Shown: positions 8,176 through 18,863 of the stretch, in pieces | Numbering within the stretch: position 1 is the stretch's first letter | How the letters are laid out: each line of letters begins with the position of its first letter | Assembly (NCBI GenBank): GCA_963744145.1 | Contig: CAVUSO010000001.1 | Coordinates: forward strand, 1,504,001-1,568,000 | Length of the DNA stretch: 64,000 nt | Direction: 5' to 3' | DNA from: an uncultured cyanobacterium | GTDB taxonomy: Bacteria; Cyanobacteriota; Cyanobacteriia; Cyanobacteriales; CAWUOF01 | Program-made: the position numbers and the translations under genes | The notes under the pieces: generated by a model | Seen by the model: the letters and a program-made list of their open reading frames with translations, nothing else | Told to the model about the DNA's origin: nothing | The model's database searches: none

Positions 8176-9609
8176 TTAACTATTTGCTAAAGCCGTTAAA
8201 TTCAAGCTATTTAAAATACTAGATTTAATTGGGCGTTTGTCATCCCAAAAAATTAGTGATGAATAGAAATTGATTGCTGATGGTAAATTTAACAGCGAGA
8301 ATGTACGAGATGCAATTTGTTCATCATCAAAACTGAGAAAATAAACAGTATCATCAAAAACAGTGGGTTTGTCATTTATTTTCCCTACCAATCTGAATTC
8401 TAACTTTTTATAAAGCCCACAAATTGCTATTTTCCAAGTTGCGAAAGTGTATGCACCAACTCCAAAAATAGAAAAACGAGGATTATTCTGATATATTTTA
8501 CTTTTCCGATGATCTAGGTATTTTGCGTGATCCTCTAGATAAGTCCAAGTTTTAGGAGCAAATTTCTGGATATTTTCAGTAGATTGACCAATGAACTTTT
8601 GAGTAACTAAAACATATCGCTCCGTCACCATAATTCGATTTTGAGCTACATCAGAACCTTTGATTAAAGGAAACAAATAAGTATCTTCAATTTCGACTAT
8701 TTCTCCTAGTCCATTGACAAAATGATTACCATTCTTATAAAGTTCCATTATATTTGAACAATCATGTTTTATCCCAGAACGCCATTTTAACCCAGCAGTT
8801 GGCTCGTATAATTTGTTGAGTTTGTCAAAGCAATCTACATCTCTGACAAGAATACTATTTCGATATGCTATTCGATGATAGTTGGAATTTTCCAAGTCAC
8901 TAAATACATCACAGAAGTATTTGGGTGGGCTTGAATCAAATTGACAAACTAATAAACAAGAGTCAACCGTTGCATTAAAATATTTTTTTGCATCTATTTT
9001 ATAAGTTGCACAATTAGAAATTTTCAGCTTTTTAGAGTACAAATAGCTCAGTAACTTTCTCGCAACCGAAGTTTTACAAAGCATCGCAAGAGAAGCATCA
9101 CGGTTTTGGAACCAATGAACAACCTGAATTAACATCCACTCAGAAATATCGAAGTTACTTTTTCCAGCGATCGCATCAAAACCATGATAATTTTGAAAGT
9201 TATTTTTTTTAGGTAAATTAACACCCCCAATTGTACCTTGCTGTGAATTAGTTACCCAAGGAAAATTTCCTAGGACTAATATTTTTCCATCTAAAGAGTT
9301 TACTAATGACCACCAATCAAAACTAAAAAAGTTTCCCTGCTTAATCTCAATTCTTTGATCCTTTAAAATTATCTTTTTTTCAAATTCTTGTAAATAATAA
9401 GAATTAAGTTCTACTCCAATAATTTTATGAACTGAGGGGAAACAGAGTGCAGCAGTTTCAAGAAAGTTACCTACTCCACAGGTTGGGTCTAATATCACAT
9501 CAGGATTTATCCTAAGTTCTACTAATTTTTGGCATACCATCTTAGCTAGTTCTAATGGTGTCTGAAAATCTCCGTATTCTACTTTATTTTTGCGAATAGT
9601 ACGAATCAT
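8176..9609 (-). CDS. Amino-DNA methyltransferase of a type II R-M system (NspV-like)
   Basis: YGDFQTP, motif I DPTCGVGNF, motif IV GNFPW; ATGA overlap with upstream endonuclease gene. Confidence 0.85.
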   Translation of the reverse strand: MIRTIRKNKVEYGDFQTPLELAKMVCQKLVELRINPDVILDPTCGVGNFLETAALCFPSVHKIIGVELNSYYLQEFEKKIILKDQRIEIKQGNFFSFDWWSLVNSLDGKILVLGNFPWVTNSQQGTIGGVNLPKKNNFQNYHGFDAIAGKSNFDISEWMLIQVVHWFQNRDASLAMLCKTSVARKLLSYLYSKKLKISNCATYKIDAKKYFNATVDSCLLVCQFDSSPPKYFCDVFSDLENSNYHRIAYRNSILVRDVDCFDKLNKLYEPTAGLKWRSGIKHDCSNIMELYKNGNHFVNGLGEIVEIEDTYLFPLIKGSDVAQNRIMVTERYVLVTQKFIGQSTENIQKFAPKTWTYLEDHAKYLDHRKSKIYQNNPRFSIFGVGAYTFATWKIAICGLYKKLEFRLVGKINDKPTVFDDTVYFLSFDDEQIASRTFSLLNLPSAINFYSSLIFWDDKRPIKSSILNSLNLTALANS

Positions 9610-10268
9610 AAATTAGCTCTGTAAACAGCAATTATCCCTTCTTCTTGACCAGCACGTTCGATTACTCTTCTATACTGAAGTCTCCATTGCAAAGCATTAG
9701 AAATAGTCAAAAATCCTTGGATCGGAGGATTACTGAGGATTTCATCTGCAATATTAGTTGCCTCAATTTCATCAACAGGTAAATTTCTGTCAAACATAAA
9801 AGCAATTAAATCATCCTGATTACCTTGATTTTCTAAAATATTACGAATTCCACAAGTCATCTGAAAATCTGCTGTTCTCTCGGCACTAACATAGATTGTA
9901 TGCAAAATATTTAGAGTGGCAGTTTGATGAGCAGTATTGTCTGTTTTTTCGTAAACAAAAATCAGCAACGAATAACCAAGTCCAAAAATCTTTTGTCGTG
10001 CAGATTTAAAAGGACATGATGATTGCGGTTGTTTAATACTTGTTACTTTAACATCAACAAGTAGTTCTGGAAAATCTATCCCACTAGCTGAATTCCCTTC
10101 TATAAATTCATACCGATCATTGAGATAAAGTCTGAATTTTTGTTCCAAATAAGTACCCACAGCTTTACCGTCTGTGATCCCGTAAAGTGAGGGTTCTTGG
10201 TGTCGAGACTCGACGACTGAGAATAGCGCTGCTTCAGAACATAAGGTTTTTATAGTTAGGATTGGCAT
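9606..10268 (-). CDS. Type II restriction endonuclease (PD-(D/E)xK, NspV-like)
   Basis: GIDFPELLVDVKVT catalytic-type motif; coupled to MTase; NspV-like assignment is from recollection only. Confidence 0.72.
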   Translation of the reverse strand: MPILTIKTLCSEAALFSVVESRHQEPSLYGITDGKAVGTYLEQKFRLYLNDRYEFIEGNSASGIDFPELLVDVKVTSIKQPQSSCPFKSARQKIFGLGYSLLIFVYEKTDNTAHQTATLNILHTIYVSAERTADFQMTCGIRNILENQGNQDDLIAFMFDRNLPVDEIEATNIADEILSNPPIQGFLTISNALQWRLQYRRVIERAGQEEGIIAVYRANL

Positions 10269-10443
10269 ATTTCAGTTAAAAATCATGTCAAAGGTGTGAG
10301 TTCAGTTTAAGAACTACTCGCACTGTTACTTGTCTCTATCTAGAATAGCGATGTTTCGACTACGCGAACCATACATAAGTCGCTAGTATTATTTCTCCAA
10401 GGTAAATTATGGCGATCGTCTAATTTGCTGTAAATTGGGGCTT

Positions 10444-11043
10444 TTATTCCCTCAGTTGTAACACATTTTTGTTAGTAGGATCAATCAGATTGTGGCGTTT
10501 TTCATAAAGATTTTTAGTAAAACTTACATCTTGTAAACAATAATCAATAACAGTGCCAATTTTTCCTCTTTGCCATAGTTCCGGAGCCATAGCACCAGTG
10601 ATCTTTTTACCATATCCCAGATTTACTTCAGCTAGTTTCCCCAGAGAATAACCGCGACGGGTAACATCTTTAGTATATGCCCGTGGCATTCCAGCAGCTA
10701 CCCACACTTCACACTGTAGATCATAGGTGGTTTTGATCTTAATTCCATTGATTGCACAGAGGCGATCGTCAAAATGGATACTATTAAAGCCAATTACTTC
10801 CTCTGATTTGTCTATCAGTATTTGAAAATCAGCTAAATTATCACTGAGGAAAACGTGACTGCTATCAGTAGCAAAATCATAAGCACAAATGCAGCTAATT
10901 CCCATGTTCTCAAAATCATCCCATCCAGCACAATAATCTAATGTGGGATCAGCAGCTACACCCGGAACTGGCATAGCACGGATAATTTCGCAGTCGTAAA
11001 CAATAGCATTTTTGGGTATTTGTGGGGGATCAATTGTTGGCAT
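10444..11043 (-). CDS. DEDD/RNase H-like 3'-5' exonuclease (YprB/RNase_H_2-like)
   Basis: ExoI YDCE, ExoII GFNSIHFD, ExoIII YCLQDV. Confidence 0.8.
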   Translation of the reverse strand: MPTIDPPQIPKNAIVYDCEIIRAMPVPGVAADPTLDYCAGWDDFENMGISCICAYDFATDSSHVFLSDNLADFQILIDKSEEVIGFNSIHFDDRLCAINGIKIKTTYDLQCEVWVAAGMPRAYTKDVTRRGYSLGKLAEVNLGYGKKITGAMAPELWQRGKIGTVIDYCLQDVSFTKNLYEKRHNLIDPTNKNVLQLRE

Positions 11044-12342
11044 GGGATAAATTATTTGTGGATAGCATTAGTCAAGCATCAAATTATATTTTAATCGCGA
11101 TCGTCACGCGCTCCAAGTCTTTTGAGAGTAGCTATAGTTGCCTCATTTAATCCTGTAACTCCAGTAATATTCATCCCATTGTATGGTTTTTTTGCAATCA
11201 GCTCTCTGATCAATTTACCTGTCTGGACATCCCACAATTTAATCGTCTCATCTTGACTACCATTAGCCAAAATTTTCCCATCAGGATGGAAAGAAACTGA
11301 CCGTACTTCACCCTCATGTTTCAAAGTATGAAGCAGTTCATTTGTCTTCGGTTGTGTTAAAGTTTGGTCAGATTGAATTAATGTAATATCCCACAGCTTG
11401 ACTGTTTGATCTTCACTAGCACTAGCAACAGTATGACCATCAGGACTATAGGCAATTTTCCAGATAGGAGCTTGATGGTTTTGGGATGGATCGGATGCAG
11501 ATAAAGTCTTTAGGCAATTACCTGTATTAATATCCCATAGCTTCAAAGTCTTATCATCACTAGCACTGACTAAGAGATTATCACTAATCGGACTAAACGC
11601 AACAAAACGCACATAATGTTGATGTCCTACCAAAATTTTGGTACATTCGCCTGTAGCGACATCCCATAATCTGATTGTCCTGTCATCACTGCTAGTAGCA
11701 AGCATTTTACCATCTCGGCTGAAAACTGCTGACCTGACTGCCTGTGTATGCCCTGTTAAAGTTTTTGCACATTTCCAATCACTAACATTCCATAACTTTA
11801 CCGTCGTATCTCCACTAGCACTAGCCAGAAATTGACCATCAGGACTAAACCTCACTGACCATACCCAACCTTGATGTTCCTCCAAAGGCTTGCTTAGTTT
11901 TCTATCAGTTTTAGCATTCCAGAGACTAATAATGTTATCACCACCCCCACAAGCAAGAATTTGACCATCAGGGCTGAACGCTAGAGACCATGCCCAATTT
12001 GTATGCACCTTTTCTGTTTCACTTTCTGTAGGTGGATCAGTAGTCAAATTCCATAATCTGATAATTTGGTCATCACTACCACTAGCGAGGGTATTACCAT
12101 CAGGACTAAATGCAACTGCACAGATCCCATAGGTTAGTCCCTGTAAAACTTTCAGGGGTGTACCATCCTTAAAATCCCACAATCTGATTGTTTGATCATT
12201 ACTACCACTTACAAGAATATTAGTATTTGGATCGGGAGTGAAAGCTAATGTATTAACGCGAGTCTTATGACCTTGCAAAGTTTTCAAAGCTTGACCCGTT
12301 TGTACATCCCATACCCTCAAATTTTTATCATCACTGCTACTA

Positions 12343-13922
12343 AGTAGTCGGACATAAATAAAGTTAACTATGTTAACTTTATTTAAGAGTAAATTTGACC
12401 CACAAATTTACCAGAGAAAAGCATATAAAAGTATTCCCTCCGTCCAACTGAATAGGTTTCACTAGAGAGTAAGAAAACTGCATTTCCAGATTTTCTATTA
12501 ACTATAAATATGGTCAGTTTTGCCTCAGCCTCTCATTAAACAATTAATGGAATTTTTCCGGTTGACTAGAACTAGAATAAACCCGATTAGGATTTTTGTT
12601 CATCCTGGCTAGGCTGACCACCAAATCTAAATCTTTTTACTTCTAAGCCCTTACTAGTTTGACGAGCTTCGATTGCTGCTCTTACCGCGATGGTTAATTC
12701 ATATTCATTCTCAAACATTTGACCAGCTAATTCATCTTCTTTGATTCTTTCCCACTCCGTTTCAATCAGATTTAATTCGGGAGAGTAACTGGATAATAGG
12801 AATATATATAATCCTTGTTTTTCCCATTGATCATAGTTGCTCTTCGTCAATTTACTTACGTGAACGGAATATTGGTCTTGGACAATTACAGTTATTTTGC
12901 CCGTTTCTTTCAATCTAGTTTCCGCTTGCGCGGCTTGCCAATCCATTAATTTGATATAATTCTTACTGTCAAAACTCTTAAAACTTAATCCATATTCAAA
13001 GCTTTCTCCCACGGCCAAAAATCCACATATATTTAATCTTTTCCCTTTCTTTTTAGGCTGTTTGATCTGTTTCTGTTGGCCGATTTTCCCCCAGGTATAT
13101 ACAGGTTCAGCCCACAGGCTAAATCCTGATTCATCCAAATATTTTAAACATATTTCACCCGCGGCTGCCGCGAATTCCAACATCTCTAAATCATTTCTTT
13201 TAGTTGCTCTTTTTTCCTGGTCTTGCTTTCCTTTTAGAGATGTTCTCGTTCTTTTCCACCGATAGTTTTTTTTGAGGATTCGACGCAACTGTCTTTGGCT
13301 CAGTTTTACTTGCCTTTCCTGGGCTAGATATTTCACTAACTGACGACTATTATAAGCTCGTTCCTCTGTCTCTAGTTTTTTTTCAATTTCTGCCAAATCT
13401 GCCTGACTCCATTTTCTTTTCCTGCCCGGACGAGGCGCATCCCATAATCCTGCTAATCCCTGTTTTTCCCAACGATGTATTGTGGCTCTCACTGTCTTAA
13501 TTGACCAGTTCAGATACTTGCCGATCTGTTCCACTTTCCATCCCATTGATGATAATCTCAAGTTCGCAGCCCAATCTCTTGTTCTTAGTGGAACTCCCTC
13601 GGCTCTATTTAATTCCCATAAGGTTTGATTTTCCGCAGATGTTAAAAATATTCTCAAAGGAGGAGATGACATTTTCTTCAAACTTTTAAGTTAGCTCTAT
13701 AATTATTTCACAATCAGGGTGTTTTTTTTGAAGCTAAAATCGACCTCACTTATCCCCTTAATTACCAAAATAAGTCTAATTTTTTGCTCCCATTGTCCAG
13801 CCACTTCTTTGGCCAATCTTCCCCAGATTGGACTAATTTTTCGATGACTTTGTCCAGCTTATTGCTTGACCCATACGTTTTACAAAAGTTAATACAGTAC
13901 CTATTACTTTTGTCCGACTACT
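12343..13922 (-). mobile_element. IS630-family insertion sequence
   Basis: Terminal IR AGTAGTCGGACA at both ends; TA target duplicated at 12341-12342 and 13923-13924. Confidence 0.93.
12587..13681 (-). CDS. IS630 family transposase
   Basis: HTH N-terminus; DESGF, VQDQ..VH, SPELNLIE DDE triad. Confidence 0.93.
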   Translation of the reverse strand: MKKMSSPPLRIFLTSAENQTLWELNRAEGVPLRTRDWAANLRLSSMGWKVEQIGKYLNWSIKTVRATIHRWEKQGLAGLWDAPRPGRKRKWSQADLAEIEKKLETEERAYNSRQLVKYLAQERQVKLSQRQLRRILKKNYRWKRTRTSLKGKQDQEKRATKRNDLEMLEFAAAAGEICLKYLDESGFSLWAEPVYTWGKIGQQKQIKQPKKKGKRLNICGFLAVGESFEYGLSFKSFDSKNYIKLMDWQAAQAETRLKETGKITVIVQDQYSVHVSKLTKSNYDQWEKQGLYIFLLSSYSPELNLIETEWERIKEDELAGQMFENEYELTIAVRAAIEARQTSKGLEVKRFRFGGQPSQDEQKS

Positions 13923-16061
13923 TAGCAATAGTTTTCCCATCAGCACTAAAAGCTACCGAGAAAACTGGATCTGAATGTCCCGATAAACTCCGTAAGCATT
14001 TCCCTGTATCGACATCCCACAGTTTCACCATTTTATCATTACTACCACTCGCAAGTATTTTACCATCTGGACTGAATGCAACTGACCTTACTTGTTCGGT
14101 ATGTCCATCGATAGTTTTGAGACATTTTTCAGTCTCAACATCCCATAACTTCACCAATTTGTCTTCGCTACCAGTCGACCAAACGTTTACCATCTGGATG
14201 GAAGACAACAGACCGTACTGCTTTACCAGGTTCATCAGTTACCTTCAAAGTCTTTAAGCATTCACCTGTATTGACTGACCATAACATTACATTTTGGTCT
14301 GCACTTCCACTCGCTAAAATTTCACTGTCAGCACTGAAAACCACTGATCTGACTTGGTTAGTATGTCCTGACAAAGTTTTATGACTTTCAAATAAATTAC
14401 TATTAGATGACTTTCTATATAAACGCACCTTTAGGTCAGTACAAGCACTAGCTAAAAATTCACCATTAGGACTAAAAGCAACAGACCAGACCCACTGAGG
14501 ATGTTTAATCACCTGAATTTCTTTACCATCAGGCATTTCCCATAAACGGAGTTCATGCTTAGAATCACCTGTCGCGAAAATTTTTCCATCGGAGCTAAAA
14601 GCAACTGATAATATATTGCCAATAGTTTCAGCAAAAACCGAATTTTGAAAATCAGCGTTAGCAAAATTTACATCATATAGTTTAGCATTCCTTAGATCGG
14701 CTTGCCAAACAGGCAAATTAGAGAAATCATATCCGTTTAAATCAGACTTTAAATAGCCAAGCAAGTTAAGGATGTTTCCTGCTGCATATCCCTTTGCTCC
14801 TGGTAATTTTCGGAGATTTGATAGAATCTGCTTTAGCTGATTTTCCACATTTATTTCTTCAGTAAGTTTACTTACTGGGTCTAGTATGAGACGTATTTGA
14901 AAATCTCTCACATAATCTTTTGCTTGAGCTTTAATCAAAGCATGAGTCTTAAAAATTTTAATCTTATCAGTTTTAATTTCTTCACATATTATCTCAACTA
15001 ATTGCTTGGTCATATACTCCATAATTACAGGCTGTAATGAAAAACGAGTTCCAGCCTTCTCAAGTGGTAAGCGTCGTTCTAGCGATTCGATCGTGTCCGG
15101 TATTTCTTGTTGATTTTTAGAGAAGAGTGTATCTGTCTTTAATTCAGAGAGTAAACAATACTCACGATTAATTGCTAACCAGTACATAATCTCTTTTTCT
15201 GACTCATTCAAACGTTCTTCAAAATACCACTTTAACAAATCTTCAATACTGCGAATAGTTCTATTATGTTGTTGTAAAAAAGCCCTAATATTACCATTAT
15301 AAATGGCTTTAATATGTTTGGCGACAAGTTCTAATGCTAATGGATTGCCATCATAATCTGTAATGATTTGGTTCCAGTCATTCTCTGAGCCGTCAAAGCT
15401 TCCTATAGCGGTAAAAATTTTTTGTCCGTCTAACAACTTCAGTCCTGACAATGGTAGTACACGAACTGATCCTGTTGGGCTTTCCAGCACTTCAATATCT
15501 TGAGGTTTTTCACGACTTGTTAATAATAAACAACTTTTATGAGATTCTTTCCCTACTCGCTCCAGCAACTGACCATACCCTTCATATCCACTTCGGTATT
15601 GCCCAGATATTTCACCACCTTGTAAAATTGATTCTGCATTATCTAATATCACTAGACAGCGACGCGATCTTAAAGAGTCAAGCAAGAGTGATATTTGTTG
15701 CTCTGGCTTGTTTGGTAAATCAATTTTCTTGTTATCAGAAAGAAATTGGATCAGGTCTCTCAAAATTTCTTCTAACCGTGGAGCATTTAATAGCGATCGC
15801 CATATTAAATATTGAAAGTTGTCTTTAATATGTTTGGCTAATTTCAGGGAGAGATCCGTTTTACCTATCCCACCCAAGACTAGATTTGTTTTACCTATCC
15901 CACGCATCCCTATAATCGCCACCAGTTTGCATTTATCTTTAATAATCCATTGTTCTAAATCCTCTAGTTCTTTAGTGCGTCCATAGAAAACGGGTACATC
16001 AGGCGCATCGTCCAAGTTTTGATGGCATATATTGTTCTCGTTTTTTACTCCATAAATTAAT

Positions 16062-16496
16062 TTAATAGCCACAATCTAACCAAATTACTTGTTGTTTAAC
16101 TTCACTTTCTAGTAAGATATCTTGCAGCCATGATAAAGAAACACCATATACTTCTTTTCTAGGACAAGCCTCGCTAGTAGCTAAAAATCCTTCTTTTAAT
16201 CCTCGTGGTTCTCGCAAACCGTGTCCAGCAAAAAATAGCAGGGCTGTATCAGGGCAATTTTTTTCTCCGATCGCGAACAGTTTGATGATTGCTTCTTTTA
16301 GCTCTGGTGCTGTAACATTTCCTTTGGGATCGATTTTGAATGTTCCGTCCGGGATAGTAGGAATCTGATGGACTACTGAAAAGTGGCCATAATTTTTTAG
16401 TAGATCAGCGATCGCTTCTGCATCAGATGCTGGTTTGTCTAAATTGTTTAGGAAAGGATATCGATTGATGCCCACGACCAGTGCTTGACGGTTCAT
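16062..16496 (-). pseudogene. Caspase-like (peptidase C14) domain, truncated
   Basis: MNRQALVVGINRY...DAEAIA...FFAGHG...IWLDC then GY-stop; probable ATG at 16496. Confidence 0.8.
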
Positions 16497-16732
16497 CTTA
16501 CTTGCCTCAACACGCTTATGACCTAGTATGATAGCACTTATGAGATATTTTAACCATATTTGCCAATACAAGTTAACACAGGACGCTAGTATAGAACAGC
16601 AAGGAAAACAAGAAACAGAATTGCTAATGTCCAAATTTTCTCAGGAGTAGCGATCGCGACTCTATAAATAAACCAAGTGCTAAATTATGATAAAATATTA
16701 CTATACGTGCAGTTAATGCCACTCACAAGACT

Positions 16733-17767
16733 ATGCCCGCATTCTATTTTAGCCAAATCGATACAGAAGCAGAAGCCTATCTTTTAGGTCGTATTGCTAG
16801 CGATACCAGCGTCATTACCAAAGACTCGCTCATCATCCAATTTCACCCAAATGAAAAAGAGCTGATCGAAAAAATCAGCTACAAGCTAAAAATTACCTTA
16901 AGTCCCAGAGCGTTAACAATTACTTCTCCAGAAATATTACAAAATATCTGCAAAATTCTCGATATAGAACCCGAAACCAAATCTACAGATGTTAACTTTC
17001 CTTCCTTAGATTTAGAGGAATTAACATGGGCATTTATTAGAGGTTATTTTGATGGTAATGGTGAAATATCTAGGGTTGATAATAATCGCTCACCTCACTG
17101 TAAAATAGTCACAAATTCAATCAAAATAATAGCTGGAATTAGAGATTTCTGTAAGATTAAATCTAGGGAAACTAATGAAGGATTAGTATGGGATGATAAT
17201 AATGCCCTCGATTTCTTAGGAAAACTCTACGAAAATGCCAAAATTTACTTTCCTAGAAATCGCGAGTTATATTTAGATTGGGCTTCTTGGGTTCCTGCTC
17301 TTTCCGGATCTAACAATTATGGTAGACTCAAAAGTTTCCGATGGACAAAAAGTCACCCAAAAGCGTTCCCCCCTTTCAAACAAAGAGTTTCAGACTCTGG
17401 TTTTGATTTAACGTTAATTGATATTGTCGAACAAATTGGTAATGTGCAAGTTTACGATACTGGGATCAAAGTTCAACCGGAATATGGATGGTATTTCATT
17501 ATTGCTCCCCGTAGTTCCCTATTCAAAAAAGGATATATCCCAGCAATTACTACTGGAATTATCGATCGCACTTATGTCGGTTCTATCAAAGTACCCTTAA
17601 TAAAATTTGACCAGAATGCTCCTGATTTAGAATTGCCCTATCGTGCTATGCAAATCATTCCTACACCCATAGTTCATGTTGATCTTGTAGAAGTTGATGA
17701 TTTGGAAGAAACTAACAGAGGAACTGGTGGTTTGGGTTCGAGTGGTGATGCAATTTATCCCAAATGA
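16733..17767 (+). CDS. dut: LAGLIDADG-like domain fused to trimeric dUTPase
   Basis: AYLLGRIASD and FIRGYFDGNG helices; dUTPase motifs SGFDL, PRSS, GIIDRTYVG, AMQII, RGTGGLGSSG. Confidence 0.85.
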   Translation: MPAFYFSQIDTEAEAYLLGRIASDTSVITKDSLIIQFHPNEKELIEKISYKLKITLSPRALTITSPEILQNICKILDIEPETKSTDVNFPSLDLEELTWAFIRGYFDGNGEISRVDNNRSPHCKIVTNSIKIIAGIRDFCKIKSRETNEGLVWDDNNALDFLGKLYENAKIYFPRNRELYLDWASWVPALSGSNNYGRLKSFRWTKSHPKAFPPFKQRVSDSGFDLTLIDIVEQIGNVQVYDTGIKVQPEYGWYFIIAPRSSLFKKGYIPAITTGIIDRTYVGSIKVPLIKFDQNAPDLELPYRAMQIIPTPIVHVDLVEVDDLEETNRGTGGLGSSGDAIYPK

Positions 17768-17818
17768 TTTGAAAAATTTATTTTAGTCTGTTCATTTTCG
17801 ACTTGCAACTAAACAGAT

Positions 17819-18241
17819 TTATGTTATTGGTGGATGCCAACCAGCCTTAACCCAATTGCGACGTACAGTTACGGCTAAACTATTATTTAGTTTTAGAGCT
17901 ATAACTGTTGCTCGACCACAAGCCGTTATTCCCATAATTATTGTACCATCTTCAGTCCAAGCAAAATGTTCTTGCCACTTTTGTTGACGAGGATTAAATA
18001 TCTGTACTCTTACCCCATTTTCAGGATCTAATTCTTCTGTTTTTGTCCACTTATATTGATTGCACAACTCACAAGACAAACAGAGATTATCTGACCTATC
18101 GTCTCCTCCCTTAGCAAGAGGATAAATATGGTCAATCTGAAGTCAACCCATAATATAGTCTTGATGACTTAAGCAGTATTCACATCTATTTCCTGCGCGT
18201 TGTGTGACTAATGTGCGTAAGTTTTCAGAAAAGTTGCTCAT
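17819..18241 (-). pseudogene. HNH endonuclease with in-frame TGA at 18143-18145
   Basis: MSNFSENLRTLVTQRAGNRCEYC...IMG*LQIDHIYPLAKGG..NLCLSCELCNQYK; ATGA overlap with upstream gene. Confidence 0.85.
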
Positions 18242-18627
18242 GGGTGCAAAGGAGAACGTAAACCTCGTTTTACTGCTTCAGCCAAAGCTTCTGATTTACG
18301 CAGTTGACCCAGTTGATAAATGGAAATTAAAGTTAGCAGTTCGTCCCTTTCTGCTTGGGTGAGTTCAGTAGTTTTCCCTTTTTCTTGCAGTTTTCTTAGT
18401 CGTTGATTAGACATCGAATCCATTTTAGCATCGGCTAAAGCAACTACTTGAGGATCAGAAAGATTAGCTACTACTGGATATAAGTTACTATCTGCTAGAG
18501 TTTCCAGGGTTGGTAATAACACCTCTAAAATATCGAGAATGATAGTTGATACATCTGCTTGGGTTGATTCTCCCAGTTGTTTCGCTGATTTGACTAGGTT
18601 GTCTGATAAGTTAAGTTTAATTTCCAT
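18238..18627 (-). CDS. Small protein coupled to HNH gene (putative antitoxin/partner)
   Basis: Probable start MEIKLNLSD; stop overlaps HNH ATG; ends LRKSEALAEAVKRG. Confidence 0.65.
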   Translation of the reverse strand: MEIKLNLSDNLVKSAKQLGESTQADVSTIILDILEVLLPTLETLADSNLYPVVANLSDPQVVALADAKMDSMSNQRLRKLQEKGKTTELTQAERDELLTLISIYQLGQLRKSEALAEAVKRGLRSPLHP

Positions 18628-18863
18628 ACCCATCATTATCTTAGGTGTATTCACAGGTTATTATAGTTGATGTACTCCTATCTTACAGATGCGATCGCAA
18701 TTCAAGTTAGTAGCGAAAAGCCTTCCTTCACATAAATTTTCCTTCAACAACGATTAAACCATTACGCGATCGCCGATCAAATTGTGTTTGAGTCAGTCAA
18801 GAATTGATAGAATAGGGATAGTTAATCATCAACTTAGCCCCCCAACAGCTTAGGAGTAGTAGC

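Larger units (their letters stand above)
11091..16072 (-). pseudogene. NB-ARC (STAND) + pentapeptide + WD40 protein gene, broken by a +1 frameshift near 14176 and an IS630 insertion at 12341-13924
   Basis: FYGR...GMRGIGKT, LVILDN, GNPLAL, WD40 repeats; frames rejoin across both lesions; typical PYNGMNITGVTGL C-terminus. Confidence 0.88.

Noticed and set aside
9255..9275. NFPW motif IV as evidence that the MTase is inactive
   Set aside because: The cognate endonuclease ORF is intact and motif IV variants exist; cannot infer loss of function
16733..17330. Intein in dUTPase
   Set aside because: The LAGLIDADG region starts at the N-terminus; no splicing motifs and no split extein
1249..18654. 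Prophage
   Set aside because: No integrase, terminase, capsid or tail genes; HIP1 sites are present throughout
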